64,000 nt of DNA from Bacteroidia bacterium (GCA_030427635.1 JAUIBA010000017.1:231-64230), one strand, 5' to 3'. Positions 24,013 to 35,700 are shown, counted from the first letter of the stretch. Numbers and translations: made by a program. The notes: generated by a model not told the origin, from the sequence alone.

Positions 24013-27000
24013 ATGTTCAGACGGTATCCATACCTGGGTTGGCTACTGCTGAGCCTGCTGCTGTGGACAACAGCAGGCTACTACTACTATGCCCAGAACC
24101 GGTATTCTGAACCGGGTGAGATGACCAATACCATCACCGCCGACCTGCGGATGCGGGCAGCGGCCTTTGCACAACTGGAAACTGATACCGACCTGCTGAA
24201 CCGCATGTTCAGAGACTCTCTTACCCAGGAAGAGGTGCAAGACCTGGGCAACCTGCCGTGCTACATCTATGCCTATGAGCATAACTACCTGCAATTCTGG
24301 AATACCAATGTAATACTACCATCGGGCATTGACAGCCTTAATGATACGTACCGCCTTGTGGTATATGAGAACGGCACCTATCTGGTGCGTAAAATAAAGC
24401 CTCCCGGCTACCGCTACCGCACAATGGTGGTGATGCTGCCGGTATGCTATCAATACCCTGTAGAAAATGAATATCTGCATTCTCACTTTGCGGCATCGCC
24501 CAGAATACCTGCTACGGTAGCGGTACATCCTGCCGGGCACACTGTACCCGGTGGCTATACAGTGTCACTGGCAGACGGACAACCTGTAATGAAGCTATCC
24601 TTCAGCAAGGGAGATGTGCAGAAATGGGTACCGGGAACGCTTTTCATTATACTACTGGCGGGCGCTGTACTGGTAAGCATATCATGGATACACCTGATGA
24701 TTATATACCTTACCCGTAACAGGTCATCGCTTGTAGGCTTACTGGCCACACTGGGTATCATTACCATCATACGTACCATACTATTTATATGGGGGCCTCC
24801 ATTCAATATGAGCTCCCTGCTGTTTTTCTCCCCGCTGCTATATGCATCCAGCTCGTGGCTGCCCTCATTTGGCGATCTGTTCATAGATACGCTGTGCCTG
24901 CTGTGGCTGGTAATATTTGTAACGCGCCACACGCCCTATAAACATTACTTTGACAATGTGCCTGCCGGCAGGCTGCGCGGTGTGCTGCCCGCAGTGCTGG
25001 CAGCAACTATGGTGGCCTATATGCTGCTGTTTGTGGGTATAGTGCGGAGCCTGGTACTGGACTCCAGTATTTCGTTTGATGTAAGTCAGTTTTACTCCAT
25101 AGATATATATACTGTACTAGGGCTACTGGTGATATGTGCCATTACCGGCATCTCGTGCATGATCATCTATGTGTTCAACTATCAGCTACGCCAGCTACAA
25201 CCTGAACGGATGCGCAGATATGGCACTACACTGTTCATGGGTATTCTGGTATTTCTTGCTGCCGACTGCTATCACGAAGCATTCTACTGGTGTACGCTGG
25301 CATGGCTTATCCTGTTTCTGGTATTGCTGGATGTGAAAAAGCTCAAGATGGTGTCTGACCTGTTTGAGCCACAGATGCTGGCATGGGCATTGTTCATAGG
25401 TGCGTTTGCTACCGGCATTGTGCAGTATTTCAACATTTATAAGGAGAACGAGGAACGGAAAGCATATGTAGAGCAACGCCTGGCCCCCCATCGCGATAAT
25501 GTGCTGGAATATGACTTTGACAAAACGGCGTCTACCATAGAACATGACCCGCGTATCAAAGCGTTTTTTACCAGCCCGGGCAATAATGCACGTAAAATGA
25601 TAAACCGCAGGTTTGACTCCCTGTATCTGGCATCGTCGTCGGCAGCCCGCTACGATGCTACGGTTTACTTCTTCGGCCGCGATGGACGACCTCTGTACAA
25701 CAGAGACTCTGCCACATATGCATCGCTAATACGACAGAAAACAGAAGCTATGCATACGGGGTCGCCGTACCTGTTCTATAAAGAGTCTATGCCCGACCGT
25801 AATGCATACCTTTCCTACATACCGGTGTACAGTGATACTATAAACCGGCAGATAGGGTATGTATTTATAGACCTGAGCCTGAAAAAACAGGCGGCAGAAA
25901 CTGTGTACCCGGAGCTGTTGATGCCCCCTGCGGGGAAGAGCGCCCGCCAGGAGAGTGAGTACCGTTATGCCATATATCTCAATGGCCGCCTCGTAAGCCA
26001 GTCGGCAGACTATCCGTTTGCTACCTATCTGACATTTGATACCAGTGACGGACAGGACTTCCGGTTCATAAATGAGAATGGCACCTCACAGCTGCACTAT
26101 CGTGTATCGGACAAGCGTACTATAGTGGTAGTGCATGAGGAGAACTCATTCATAGAGACCATTACGGTATTCTCCTACATCTTCAGCATTCAGGTACTGC
26201 TGGCGGTAATCATACTGCTGTACCAGGTGTATCTTTCCTACTTTGCCGGCACTACGGTGCGGGAAAAGTATATGCAGCTGACCCTGCGCCGCCGTATACA
26301 GTATGCGATGCTGAGTATAGTATTCATATCGTTTCTGCTGATAGGCATTGTGACTGCATGGTACTTCATAAACCGCTATGAGGCATCCAATACCACCCGA
26401 CTACAGACAGCGATGCAGACCGTGAGACGCTCGGTACAGGATTACCTGACAGGGGCACATGCATTTGATAATGATAAACGTTTTGACTCCGTAACACAGT
26501 CTGTTCCATTCAGAAAATACATAACCAGCCTTGCGGCCAACCAGAAAACGGACATCAACCTGTTTGACAATAACGGCAATATGTTTGCATCCTCGGAAGA
26601 AGCAATCTATCAGAAGGGGCTGATATCCAGAATTATGAGGCAGGATGCGTACCACCAACTGGCAGGTGGTGGCAGATCGGTAGTGATACAGGATGAGCAT
26701 GTGGCCGGGCTCTCCTACCTATCGGCCTATGAGCCGATGCTGGATGAACAGGGCTCTGCACTGGGATACCTTAATGTACCCTTCTTCTCATCAGAAAAAG
26801 AACTGCGGGTGCAGCTATCCAACATCATGGTGACGCTGATGAATGTGTATGCGTTCATATTTCTATTATCGAGCCTTATAACGGTGTCCATTACCCGGTG
26901 GGTGACTGGCTCGTTCAATGTAATCCGCGACCAGTTTGCCCGGCTGAACCTACAGCGGAATGAGCGTATACAATGGCCCCATGACGATGAGATAGGGCTG

Positions 27001-27762
27001 CTGGTAAAAGAGTATAATAATATGGTGAACAAGGTGGAGGAAAATGCAGCCCTGCTGGCCCGCAGCGAAAGGGAAACTGCATGGCGGGAAATGGCCCGCC
27101 AGGTAGCCCATGAAATCAAGAATCCGCTGACGCCGATGAAACTAAACATTCAGTACCTGCTGCAGGCTATAAAAAATGATGCGCCCAATATCAAAGAGCT
27201 TACCCGGCGGGTATCTGAATCGGTAATAGAACAGATAGAAAACCTTTCCTATATAGCCTCTGAGTTTTCCAACTTTGCCCGTATGCCCGAGGCAAAGCCA
27301 GAGATACTGGATATACGGGAGCTGCTGACGGTAGCCACCGGGCTGTACCGCAATGAGGCTACCCTATCGGTGCAGCTACAGCTACCTGATGAGCCGGCAC
27401 ATATATATGCCGACCACAGCCAGATGCTGCGGGTACTGACCAACCTGCTGGAAAATGCCAAGCAGGCAATACCCGAAGAACGTCACGGACTGATAGATGT
27501 AAGCCTTACCAGAGCGGATGAATGCTTTACGATAGCCATTGCAGATAATGGGAAGGGCATACCGGAAGATATAGCACAACGCATTTTTCAACCCTATTTT
27601 ACTACCAAATCGTCAGGTACGGGACTGGGGCTGGCTATGACCCGCAAGATTATAGAGTTCTGGAAAGGCGCCATATGGTTTGAATCTACGGAGGATGAGG
27701 GTACTACCTTCTTTATAAAATTACCGGAATCGGGGCCGGCAGACCATGCTCCTGCGGAATGA
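24013..27762 (+). CDS. Large multi-TM sensor histidine kinase (HAMP-HisKA-HATPase, NtrY-like C-terminus)
   Basis: H-box AHEIKNPLTP, N-box NLLENA, DNGKGI and GTGLGL. Confidence 0.93.
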   Translation: MFRRYPYLGWLLLSLLLWTTAGYYYYAQNRYSEPGEMTNTITADLRMRAAAFAQLETDTDLLNRMFRDSLTQEEVQDLGNLPCYIYAYEHNYLQFWNTNVILPSGIDSLNDTYRLVVYENGTYLVRKIKPPGYRYRTMVVMLPVCYQYPVENEYLHSHFAASPRIPATVAVHPAGHTVPGGYTVSLADGQPVMKLSFSKGDVQKWVPGTLFIILLAGAVLVSISWIHLMIIYLTRNRSSLVGLLATLGIITIIRTILFIWGPPFNMSSLLFFSPLLYASSSWLPSFGDLFIDTLCLLWLVIFVTRHTPYKHYFDNVPAGRLRGVLPAVLAATMVAYMLLFVGIVRSLVLDSSISFDVSQFYSIDIYTVLGLLVICAITGISCMIIYVFNYQLRQLQPERMRRYGTTLFMGILVFLAADCYHEAFYWCTLAWLILFLVLLDVKKLKMVSDLFEPQMLAWALFIGAFATGIVQYFNIYKENEERKAYVEQRLAPHRDNVLEYDFDKTASTIEHDPRIKAFFTSPGNNARKMINRRFDSLYLASSSAARYDATVYFFGRDGRPLYNRDSATYASLIRQKTEAMHTGSPYLFYKESMPDRNAYLSYIPVYSDTINRQIGYVFIDLSLKKQAAETVYPELLMPPAGKSARQESEYRYAIYLNGRLVSQSADYPFATYLTFDTSDGQDFRFINENGTSQLHYRVSDKRTIVVVHEENSFIETITVFSYIFSIQVLLAVIILLYQVYLSYFAGTTVREKYMQLTLRRRIQYAMLSIVFISFLLIGIVTAWYFINRYEASNTTRLQTAMQTVRRSVQDYLTGAHAFDNDKRFDSVTQSVPFRKYITSLAANQKTDINLFDNNGNMFASSEEAIYQKGLISRIMRQDAYHQLAGGGRSVVIQDEHVAGLSYLSAYEPMLDEQGSALGYLNVPFFSSEKELRVQLSNIMVTLMNVYAFIFLLSSLITVSITRWVTGSFNVIRDQFARLNLQRNERIQWPHDDEIGLLVKEYNNMVNKVEENAALLARSERETAWREMARQVAHEIKNPLTPMKLNIQYLLQAIKNDAPNIKELTRRVSESVIEQIENLSYIASEFSNFARMPEAKPEILDIRELLTVATGLYRNEATLSVQLQLPDEPAHIYADHSQMLRVLTNLLENAKQAIPEERHGLIDVSLTRADECFTIAIADNGKGIPEDIAQRIFQPYFTTKSSGTGLGLAMTRKIIEFWKGAIWFESTEDEGTTFFIKLPESGPADHAPAE

Positions 27763-27914
27763 TACCCAACACCACAATATGACGATTTGGGAGGGGGTAT
27801 ATATTAAAGTCGTAAAAATCCCGCTTTTATTATAAAATATCGGGCGAAAGTCATATTTTTATCGCTGAACAAGCCATTTCTTGTATAAATTTGCTAACCT
27901 GACAAAAGGCTCAT

Positions 27915-28631
27915 ATGCAAAAAAATAGTTTCAAATTATTCGCGAAACTTTTTACGGTATTACTGTTGGCAATTGGCTCACAAAGCCATGCGCAGGATAT
28001 TGTTAAGGTAAGGAACATCAACTATACCTCGTATTTCTCTAAATCGCAACATATCCCGGTACTGGTAATCTATTCTCTGACTCCGGACATGTTTAACTGT
28101 TCCAAACTGAAGGGAGACCACACCATAAAGCTGGCTGAAGACCCTCAGCTACCTGAGGCTACCAACCTCGTAAACGACTACAAGACTACCTTGTTTGAAG
28201 AGGGCCACATGATGGCACCTAATGAGAACAACTGTGATAAGGATGCGTATGCAGAAAGCTATTTCTTTACGAACATCATGCCGATGCCTTCGAATCTGTA
28301 CCAGTCTCTGTGGGAGAAACTGCATCAGAAAGAAATGCTGAAGGCTAAAAAGTATAAGAAAGTGAAGGTTTTTGCAGGTACTGTAGGCCGTAACTGGGTG
28401 ATAGGTTATAATCATAACGTGATAGTGCCTGAGTGGTGCTGGAAGGTGATATACATACCAAGTACAGATGAATATCTGTGCTACCAGTTTCACAACATAG
28501 AGCCTTATAATGAAAAAGACAATCTGGCAAATCATAAGGTAGATATCAATACTATTGAGTCTCTTGCCGGTGTTCGTTTCGTAAATGGCATTATATCTGC
28601 CAGCTACGTAACCGCTACTCCTAACAACTAG
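27915..28631 (+). CDS. Secreted DNA/RNA non-specific endonuclease (NucA/EndA-like) homolog with a degenerate active site
   Basis: Signal peptide, EEGHMMAP at the DRGH position, FTNIMPM and VPEWCWKVI. TAAATTTG promoter at 27886-27893. Confidence 0.8.
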   Translation: MQKNSFKLFAKLFTVLLLAIGSQSHAQDIVKVRNINYTSYFSKSQHIPVLVIYSLTPDMFNCSKLKGDHTIKLAEDPQLPEATNLVNDYKTTLFEEGHMMAPNENNCDKDAYAESYFFTNIMPMPSNLYQSLWEKLHQKEMLKAKKYKKVKVFAGTVGRNWVIGYNHNVIVPEWCWKVIYIPSTDEYLCYQFHNIEPYNEKDNLANHKVDINTIESLAGVRFVNGIISASYVTATPNN

Positions 28632-28803
28632 TATCCTTAAAGGGGTACTCCCCATACTTATACGGGGCGCATGAACATGCGCCTCGTTTATTTTTATTGA
28701 AATACCGTTTTCCCTTCTGTAGTGATGTACTGCTGCACCTGTTAACAAACCAATTGCAGGTTGCTACGAAAGTGGTACTTTCACCACAGGAAACATCCGA
28801 ATT

Positions 28804-30282
28804 ATGATGAAGCAATTCAGTTTTCTACTTGCAGGTATCGTTTTTTTATGCACATCGGTCTTTGCACAATCTCCCAAGCGTGAATTCAGGGGGGCATGGA
28901 TAGCCACTGTGGCCAATATAGACTGGCCTACCAAACCGGGTCTGCCAGCTATAGAGCAGCAACAGCAGTTCATTCACCAACTGGATGTACTACAGTCAGT
29001 AGGCTGTAATGCAGTAATAGTGCAGATACGCCCGGTGGGCGATGCGCTGTATGCATCAAAGAAAGAACCATGGAGCCACTATCTTACCGGCCGCCAGGGA
29101 GAGCCACCTTTCCCATACTATGACCCGCTGGTGTTTATGATAGATGAGGCGCATAAGCGTAATATGGAATTTCATGCGTGGTTCAACCCATACAGGGTAT
29201 TGATGGACAGCAAAAAGAACCCCAACCCCAAAAATCATGTAACACGTACGCATCCGGGCTGGATACTGTCTTATGGCGGCAAATCGTACATGGATCCGGG
29301 AATACCAGAGGCGCGCGACTATGTAATAGATATAATTACCGATGTAGTAAGACGCTATGATATAGATGCTGTACACATGGACGATTACTTTTACCCCTAC
29401 AAAGTGCCGGGCAAAGATTTCCCGGATGGTAAGAGTTATGCAAAATATGGCAAGGGTACTGACAAAGAAGAATGGCGCCGTGAGAATGTGAGCCGCCTGG
29501 TGTCCCTGCTCAGTACCAGCATCAAGCACGAGAAGGCATGGGTGAAGTTTGGCATCAGCCCCTTTGGTATATGGCGCAACAAATCGAAAGACCCGGAAGG
29601 CTCTGACACCAAAGGAGGGCAAACCAATTATGACGACCTCTATGCCGATGTGCTGATGTGGCTGGAAAAAGGCTGGGTAGATTATATGATGCCGCAGCTA
29701 TACTGGGAGCATAACCATAAAGCGGCACCATTTTCTGTATTGCAGCCATGGTGGTATGAACATTGCTATAAACGTCATGTATATTATGGCCTAGGCCTAT
29801 ACAGGATGACCAATGCCAAAAGCGGCCCCTGGGCCAGTGCCAAAGAGCTGATGTGGCAGCTAAGGGATATACGGGGCAAATGCCCTAATTCCGGCTATTC
29901 TTTTTACAGCTCGTCCTGCTTTGACAAAATAAAGGCACCTGTTAAAGACAGTCTGCAAAATGATTATGCCCGCTATCCTGCCCTGGTGCCTGCCATGCCA
30001 TGGATAGATGATGAGGCCCCTGCGGCCCCTGCAGTAAAACATGTATCGGGGAAACTGGAATGGCATACTGCAAACCCTAAGAAGGAACCATTACGCTACG
30101 TTGTGTACCGGTTTGACAGTGAAGAAAACATAGACCTGGAGCGTAACGACCATATAGTATCTATACAGCAGGGGGAACATTATAAGATACCTGCCGGTAA
30201 GGGACGTAATTGCGTATATGTAGTAACTGCGCTGGACCGCCTGTGGAACGAGAGTGAGCAGAGCAATGTAATAAAGATGTAG
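28804..30282 (+). CDS. Glycosyl hydrolase-like 10 (YddW/DigH-like) protein
   Basis: REFRGAWIATVANIDWP, HAWFNPYR, RYDIDAVHMDDYFYPY and VDYMMPQLYW motifs. Confidence 0.93.
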   Translation: MMKQFSFLLAGIVFLCTSVFAQSPKREFRGAWIATVANIDWPTKPGLPAIEQQQQFIHQLDVLQSVGCNAVIVQIRPVGDALYASKKEPWSHYLTGRQGEPPFPYYDPLVFMIDEAHKRNMEFHAWFNPYRVLMDSKKNPNPKNHVTRTHPGWILSYGGKSYMDPGIPEARDYVIDIITDVVRRYDIDAVHMDDYFYPYKVPGKDFPDGKSYAKYGKGTDKEEWRRENVSRLVSLLSTSIKHEKAWVKFGISPFGIWRNKSKDPEGSDTKGGQTNYDDLYADVLMWLEKGWVDYMMPQLYWEHNHKAAPFSVLQPWWYEHCYKRHVYYGLGLYRMTNAKSGPWASAKELMWQLRDIRGKCPNSGYSFYSSSCFDKIKAPVKDSLQNDYARYPALVPAMPWIDDEAPAAPAVKHVSGKLEWHTANPKKEPLRYVVYRFDSEENIDLERNDHIVSIQQGEHYKIPAGKGRNCVYVVTALDRLWNESEQSNVIKM

Positions 30283-30284
30283 TA

Positions 30285-31451
30285 TCAATCTTTCTTTACA
30301 GGCTCCCTCAATAGCATATTCAACCACTTACCTGACATAAACGGCCGCTCTATATATTTATAGAAAATGGCGGATATGAGTAATACAGGTATGGTGAGAA
30401 GGGACAGGTGAATAATAATATCTACTACAAACGAGCCGGAAAAGTGCCAATGCTGCGTGTAACGACCTACTGCAGAAATAATGGGATAATGCAGCAGATA
30501 TATGGAATAGCACATACCGCCAATAATAGGAATGTAGCCAATAGAGAAGATGCGTTTTACCACATCATTCCGCAGTATAGTGTAATAAAACAGTCCTATT
30601 ACGTAGGGGAAAATCAACTTTGCCCAAAACTCAACCGAATCGGATGCAGACCCGAGCTTGCTTTTCAGAGGGAGAAAAGCGATAGCCAGGAGACATAACA
30701 ATGATACTATCGCCACGCTGCGGGAATTAAAAAGCTGCTTTGCGGTATCTGTAACATAGAGGTCGGCGAGGAGTATGCCTGTAAGGAAGTATTGCAGAAA
30801 CCCGTAAAGACTCAGCAAATCGCCAGGGGCGGGCCATATGGCCTGAATAATAACCATAGCCCCAATAGACAATAAGAGGACACTGCGGCGTATGGCAGCT
30901 GTGAGCTTCAGTACCCTGAACAGTACCGGCGCCAATACATAAAACTGTATTTCTATCTCCAAAGACCATGCCACAACGGTAATGAGTGGCGTATGCCTGA
31001 ATATGATATTGTGTGAATAGACCAGCGAAGCCAGCCAGCTGGGTAACAGCTCAGCCGCAGGGCGTACATGCATAAGCAACTGCAGCAGCATAATACCTGT
31101 CATGGCGATAAAGTAGGGAGGCTCCAGCCGGGTAACACGGCGCAGATAATACCGCTTCAGCTCCACGGGTTTGCTGCCGGTTATATACTGCCGGGCAAAC
31201 GGAAGGCAAAGTATAAACCCGCTTAATACAAAAAACAACTCCACACCCCGGTCACCGTTGAGCAGAAATTCCGTTATTAGTGAGTGTCCTTCAGCAGCTG
31301 CATGTATGGCATCGGACTTTACATTCAGATAAGAGAACCCATGAAACAAGAGTACCAGCATAATGGCAAGAAACCTTATCCCGTCTATTTCGGGGAAGTA
31401 ATTATGATCGCTGGTGATTCTTCTTAACTTGCTATAGATGCCTCCGGCCAT
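30285..31451 (-). CDS. Acyltransferase family 3 (OafA/YrhL-like)
   Basis: IDGIRFLAIMLVLLFH, GVELFFVLSGF, RRVTRLEPPY, WSLEIEIQFY and SYSIYLLH-like motifs. Confidence 0.93.
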   Translation of the reverse strand: MAGGIYSKLRRITSDHNYFPEIDGIRFLAIMLVLLFHGFSYLNVKSDAIHAAAEGHSLITEFLLNGDRGVELFFVLSGFILCLPFARQYITGSKPVELKRYYLRRVTRLEPPYFIAMTGIMLLQLLMHVRPAAELLPSWLASLVYSHNIIFRHTPLITVVAWSLEIEIQFYVLAPVLFRVLKLTAAIRRSVLLLSIGAMVIIQAIWPAPGDLLSLYGFLQYFLTGILLADLYVTDTAKQLFNSRSVAIVSLLCLLAIAFLPLKSKLGSASDSVEFWAKLIFPYVIGLFYYTILRNDVVKRIFSIGYIPIIGGMCYSIYLLHYPIISAVGRYTQHWHFSGSFVVDIIIHLSLLTIPVLLISAIFYKYIERPFMSGKWLNMLLREPVKKD

Positions 31452-31577
31452 GGGGAAAATGCACGCAGCCGGCAGTATACCAGCTGCGGACAAATATAGT
31501 CAGTATCGTCAATAAACTGTAAGTAAGACAGTATAGGAGTGGTCATTTGGTGATAAGGGGTTAAATTTGCCCTCACA

Positions 31578-32210
31578 ATGGATGCACATAAAATACTGGC
31601 AAAAGTTACCGATAGAATAGTACAGAACAACGACCTGCATGTGCGGTGGCTTAACAGCCTCTCTATAATGGAGAATACCGGTGCACGTAAAATATCCAGG
31701 TACGAAGACCCGATACATACAGGCATCATTGTACTGAAGCATGCTGCTGAGGAAGCCCGCCATGCCTATTATCTGAAAAAGCTGATAGGTAAACTAGACC
31801 CGGAAGCGTGCCCTGACTATAGCGCTCAATACCTTCTGGCACCTACGTATACGCACCAATATCTGAACCGTCTTGATGTGGAGGCATGCAGGTACCTGAA
31901 AGAAAAAATGGGGCTTACCGGCAGGGAAATGATGCATGGCGCCTATCTGCTGGTGACCTACTCCATAGAAGTACGTGCCGATATGCTGTATGGCATATAC
32001 CAGGATGCGCTTACCCGCCATAACTCAAAGGTGAATGTAAAGTCTATCATAGCAGAAGAAGAAGGACACCTGGAAGAAATGCAGAAAATGCTGACGGTAT
32101 TCCACCCTGAATGGGAGCGTATAGCTGCTGAGGTGTGTGCGATAGAAAATAAATTCTTCTGCCAGTGGATAGAGGCAGTGGAAGCAGTAACAGAGCCGGC
32201 ATTAGCCTGA
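31578..32210 (+). CDS. Uncharacterised ferritin-like diiron protein
   Basis: Glu in IMENTG, EEARH, Glu in SIEVRA and EEEGH fit the E...ExxH twice pattern. TAAATTTG promoter at 31562-31569. Confidence 0.75.
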   Translation: MDAHKILAKVTDRIVQNNDLHVRWLNSLSIMENTGARKISRYEDPIHTGIIVLKHAAEEARHAYYLKKLIGKLDPEACPDYSAQYLLAPTYTHQYLNRLDVEACRYLKEKMGLTGREMMHGAYLLVTYSIEVRADMLYGIYQDALTRHNSKVNVKSIIAEEEGHLEEMQKMLTVFHPEWERIAAEVCAIENKFFCQWIEAVEAVTEPALA

Positions 32211-32229
32211 CAATAAAAACAAGAAGCCA

Positions 32230-32658
32230 ATGGCTGATGTACACAGCAAAGCAGTACGCAGCTACAATATGAGCCGCATCAGGGGTAAGGACACAAAACC
32301 CGAAATACTGGTGCGTAAATACCTCCATGCCTATGGGTACCGCTACCGGCTGCATGTAAAAGACCTGCCGGGAAAGCCTGACATTGTGCTACCTCGTTAC
32401 AAAACAGTGATACAGATAAATGGCTGTTTCTGGCATGGGCATGATGGTTGCCGCTACTTTGTAATACCCAAGACCCGGACAGAATGGTGGCTCAATAAAA
32501 TAAATGCCAACAAAACCAACGACAGCAAGGCTACGGAAGCATTGCAAGACGCAGGGTGGCAGCTCATAACCCTATGGGAGTGTGAACTAAAGCCTATGAA
32601 ACTGGAAGAAACACTAAATAGGCTTATAAATACGCTACGCGCTACCTCCGAACAATAA
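32230..32658 (+). CDS. vsr: Very short patch repair endonuclease
   Basis: RSYNMSRIRGKDTKPE, LPGKPDIV, GCFWHGH and GWQLITLWECE motifs. Confidence 0.95.
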   Translation: MADVHSKAVRSYNMSRIRGKDTKPEILVRKYLHAYGYRYRLHVKDLPGKPDIVLPRYKTVIQINGCFWHGHDGCRYFVIPKTRTEWWLNKINANKTNDSKATEALQDAGWQLITLWECELKPMKLEETLNRLINTLRATSEQ

Positions 32659-32761
32659 TCATTATACTTTTCATATCTGTTTCATAAATACTGTTTCCAT
32701 TATATCTTTACATGTTCTGACATATCCATTCACAGGAATTTAATGCAATATTTTCCTGAAA

Positions 32762-35700
32762 ATGCGGTTGTTTTGTACGTTTAACCTCAAGCCAATGACA
32801 ACTTTTTACAAGTCGTGGGGCACAGCTGTGCGTGTTCTGTTTTTTTTGTCTGCTATCTGCATTATAACACATAGTGCAAATGCACAGATTCTTAGTTATA
32901 CCAATGATGTTTCCGGTGCGCTGAATATGGTGACCACCAATGCTACCGGGACACCAATGACACGGGTGAACGGTGCGGCTACACCAGGAGCCCCCTGTGG
33001 GAGCGGTCTTACCGTATCTGCATTTACATCGGCTACAGTATATAACACCGGCCTGCCAGCCGTGGAAGTGACTGTAACACCGGATGCAGGATTTACGCTC
33101 AATGTAACGGGTTTCTCTGCAGAAATGCGCCGCTCCGGTTCGGGACCTGATTTTGTACGCTTTGCATATAGTACCAATGGGGGTATCACATGGATAGACC
33201 AGGGTATAAACATGCTGCCCAACGATGGCAGCTGTGGAATGACTGCGCCGGGTTCATGGACCACATCGGTATCTGTACCGGCACCACTGGATTTACGTCT
33301 TCGTCTGTATGGCTTTGGCGCTGCCAGTGCCAGCGGCACATTACAATTGCTGAATGTTCTTATAGACGGCAGTGTGAGCACGTCTGCTACCTGTGCCATA
33401 CCACCCGGCCTTACGGCAACTCTGGTTACATCCTCATCGGCCACGCTTGCGTGGAGCGCCATACCCGGGGCACTCAGCTATAATGTACGCTACAGGCCTA
33501 CCGGAAGCAGCACATGGAACTTTACCGGCGCGGCAGGCCCTACTACGATTCTTTCCAGCCTGGTAGCCGGTACCGTATATGAATGTGAGGTAGAAACAGT
33601 GTGCACATCGGGCAACAGCGGATACAGCGCAAGTACATTTTTCACCACCAGTGCGGCTACTGTAGCCTCGGCTTCAAGCGGGCGCATGGCAGTATACTTT
33701 AACAGACCAGTAGATACGAGTGTTTCTACTGGTGAATACGCGATATACCTCAATAATGCTATGGCCGATACGCTCATAGCCTATCTGAACCGTGCAAAAT
33801 TCACTGTAGATATAGCACAGTATAATTATAACCAAAGTGCAAGCTACTCCAGTATAGCAGATGCTATCAATGCCTGCATAGCAAGAGGGGTGCGCGTGCG
33901 GTGGATATATGACGGACATGAATCCAACACCGGTATAGCCCTGCTGGATACTGCGGTGCATACACTGGCCAGCCCTACTACCAGTACTTATGGCCTGATG
34001 CATAATAAGGTTGTAATCATAGATGCAATGTCAAATGACCCTATGGATGCAGTCGTATCTACCGGCTCTACGGTATGGGGTGTAAATCAGTTCAACAACG
34101 ACTATAACAACACAATATTCATTCAGGACTCAGCACTGGCACATGCCTATCTGGATCACTTCAATATGATGTGGGGTGATACCGGCAGCTACCCCAATCC
34201 GGTTCTGTCTAAGTTTGGTCCCAACAAAACTGACCTGGGAAGACATATATTTCACATTGGCGGCAAGACTGTAGAACTTTACTTCAGCCCCTGTGACCAT
34301 ACAGACGCACACATTCAAACTGCGATTAACTCTGCCAATACTGACCTATATTTTGGCATGTTTACATTTACTATGGCGGCAGATGCATCGGCCATAGTAT
34401 CGCGGCACACAGCAGGCGTTTATACTCCGGGTATAGTAGATGAGAACAGTACACTTGCATCGCCAGCCTACCCTATACTGACTGCGGGACTTGGCTCCCT
34501 GATGAAAACGCATACAGGGTTTGTCATCTACCACAACAAAATGATGACTGTGGACCCTTCCAATACCTGCTCTGACCCACTGGTGCTAACCGGGTCGCAT
34601 AACTGGACCAATGCAGCAGAGACAAAGAATGACGAAAATACGCTCATCATTCACAATGATACTATTGCCAATATCTACTATCAGTCATTCAAAGAAAACT
34701 ACAGTGACATGGGTGGTACGCTTACCCCTATGCCTGCATGTACTACTGCATCCTGCGGCACACCATTTGGCCTTACTACCACATCTGTAACAACGAGCAC
34801 CGCGATTGTGGAATGGGCAGTACTTTCGGGTGCCGTGAGCTATACCATTCATTACAGGATAGTGGGTACTACTACGTGGAGTACAACATCATCGGCCAGC
34901 AATACGATAACACTTACCAGCCTTACACCTGCTTCTGTATATGAGTTTGAGGTGCAGGCAGTATGTGTAGCAGGTGCAGGTGCTTTCAGCAGCCCGGCTA
35001 CATTCACCACTCCGGCACCGCCATGCTCTATACCATCAGGGCTTACTATCTCTGCTATAGATACAGATGTAGCAGTACTATCATGGGTAGCTGTAGCGGG
35101 CGCTACCGGCTATAATGTGCAGTACCGTGAAGCAGGCACTACCATGTGGACCACACTCCCTGCCAGTACCAATACCCTTACCATAAGCGGGCTTCTTACC
35201 AATACTTCTTATGAATATCAGGTGCAGGTACTGTGCAGCTCAGGCTCCAGCGCCTACAGCAGCCCTTACACATTCACAACACTGGCATCGCCACCTACTG
35301 TTACCTGTACAGCTCCCGGTACACTTATGCCTCCGGTGCTATCTGTAGCCACAACATCGGCAGTACTACGCTGGGCAGCAGTGCCCGGCGCTACCCTGTA
35401 TCAGGTGCGCTATCATATAGCAGGTACCTCTACATGGCTTACGACATCGTCGGCAACGAATACCGTAACTGTGCTGGGGCTTGCTGCGGGCACTACCTAT
35501 GAGTTTCAGGTGCGTACGGTGTGTACAGGCGGCACTACCAGCTCTTATGGGGGCTCTTCCCTGTTTGTGACCTACAGTAGTACCGGTGTTACTACCGTGA
35601 CACCAGGCAACGAAGCATACATGAACATCTACCCTAACCCTGCTACCGAAGGAACAGGCATCTATTACCACCTAAGCACTGCGCAGCACGTAACACTGGA

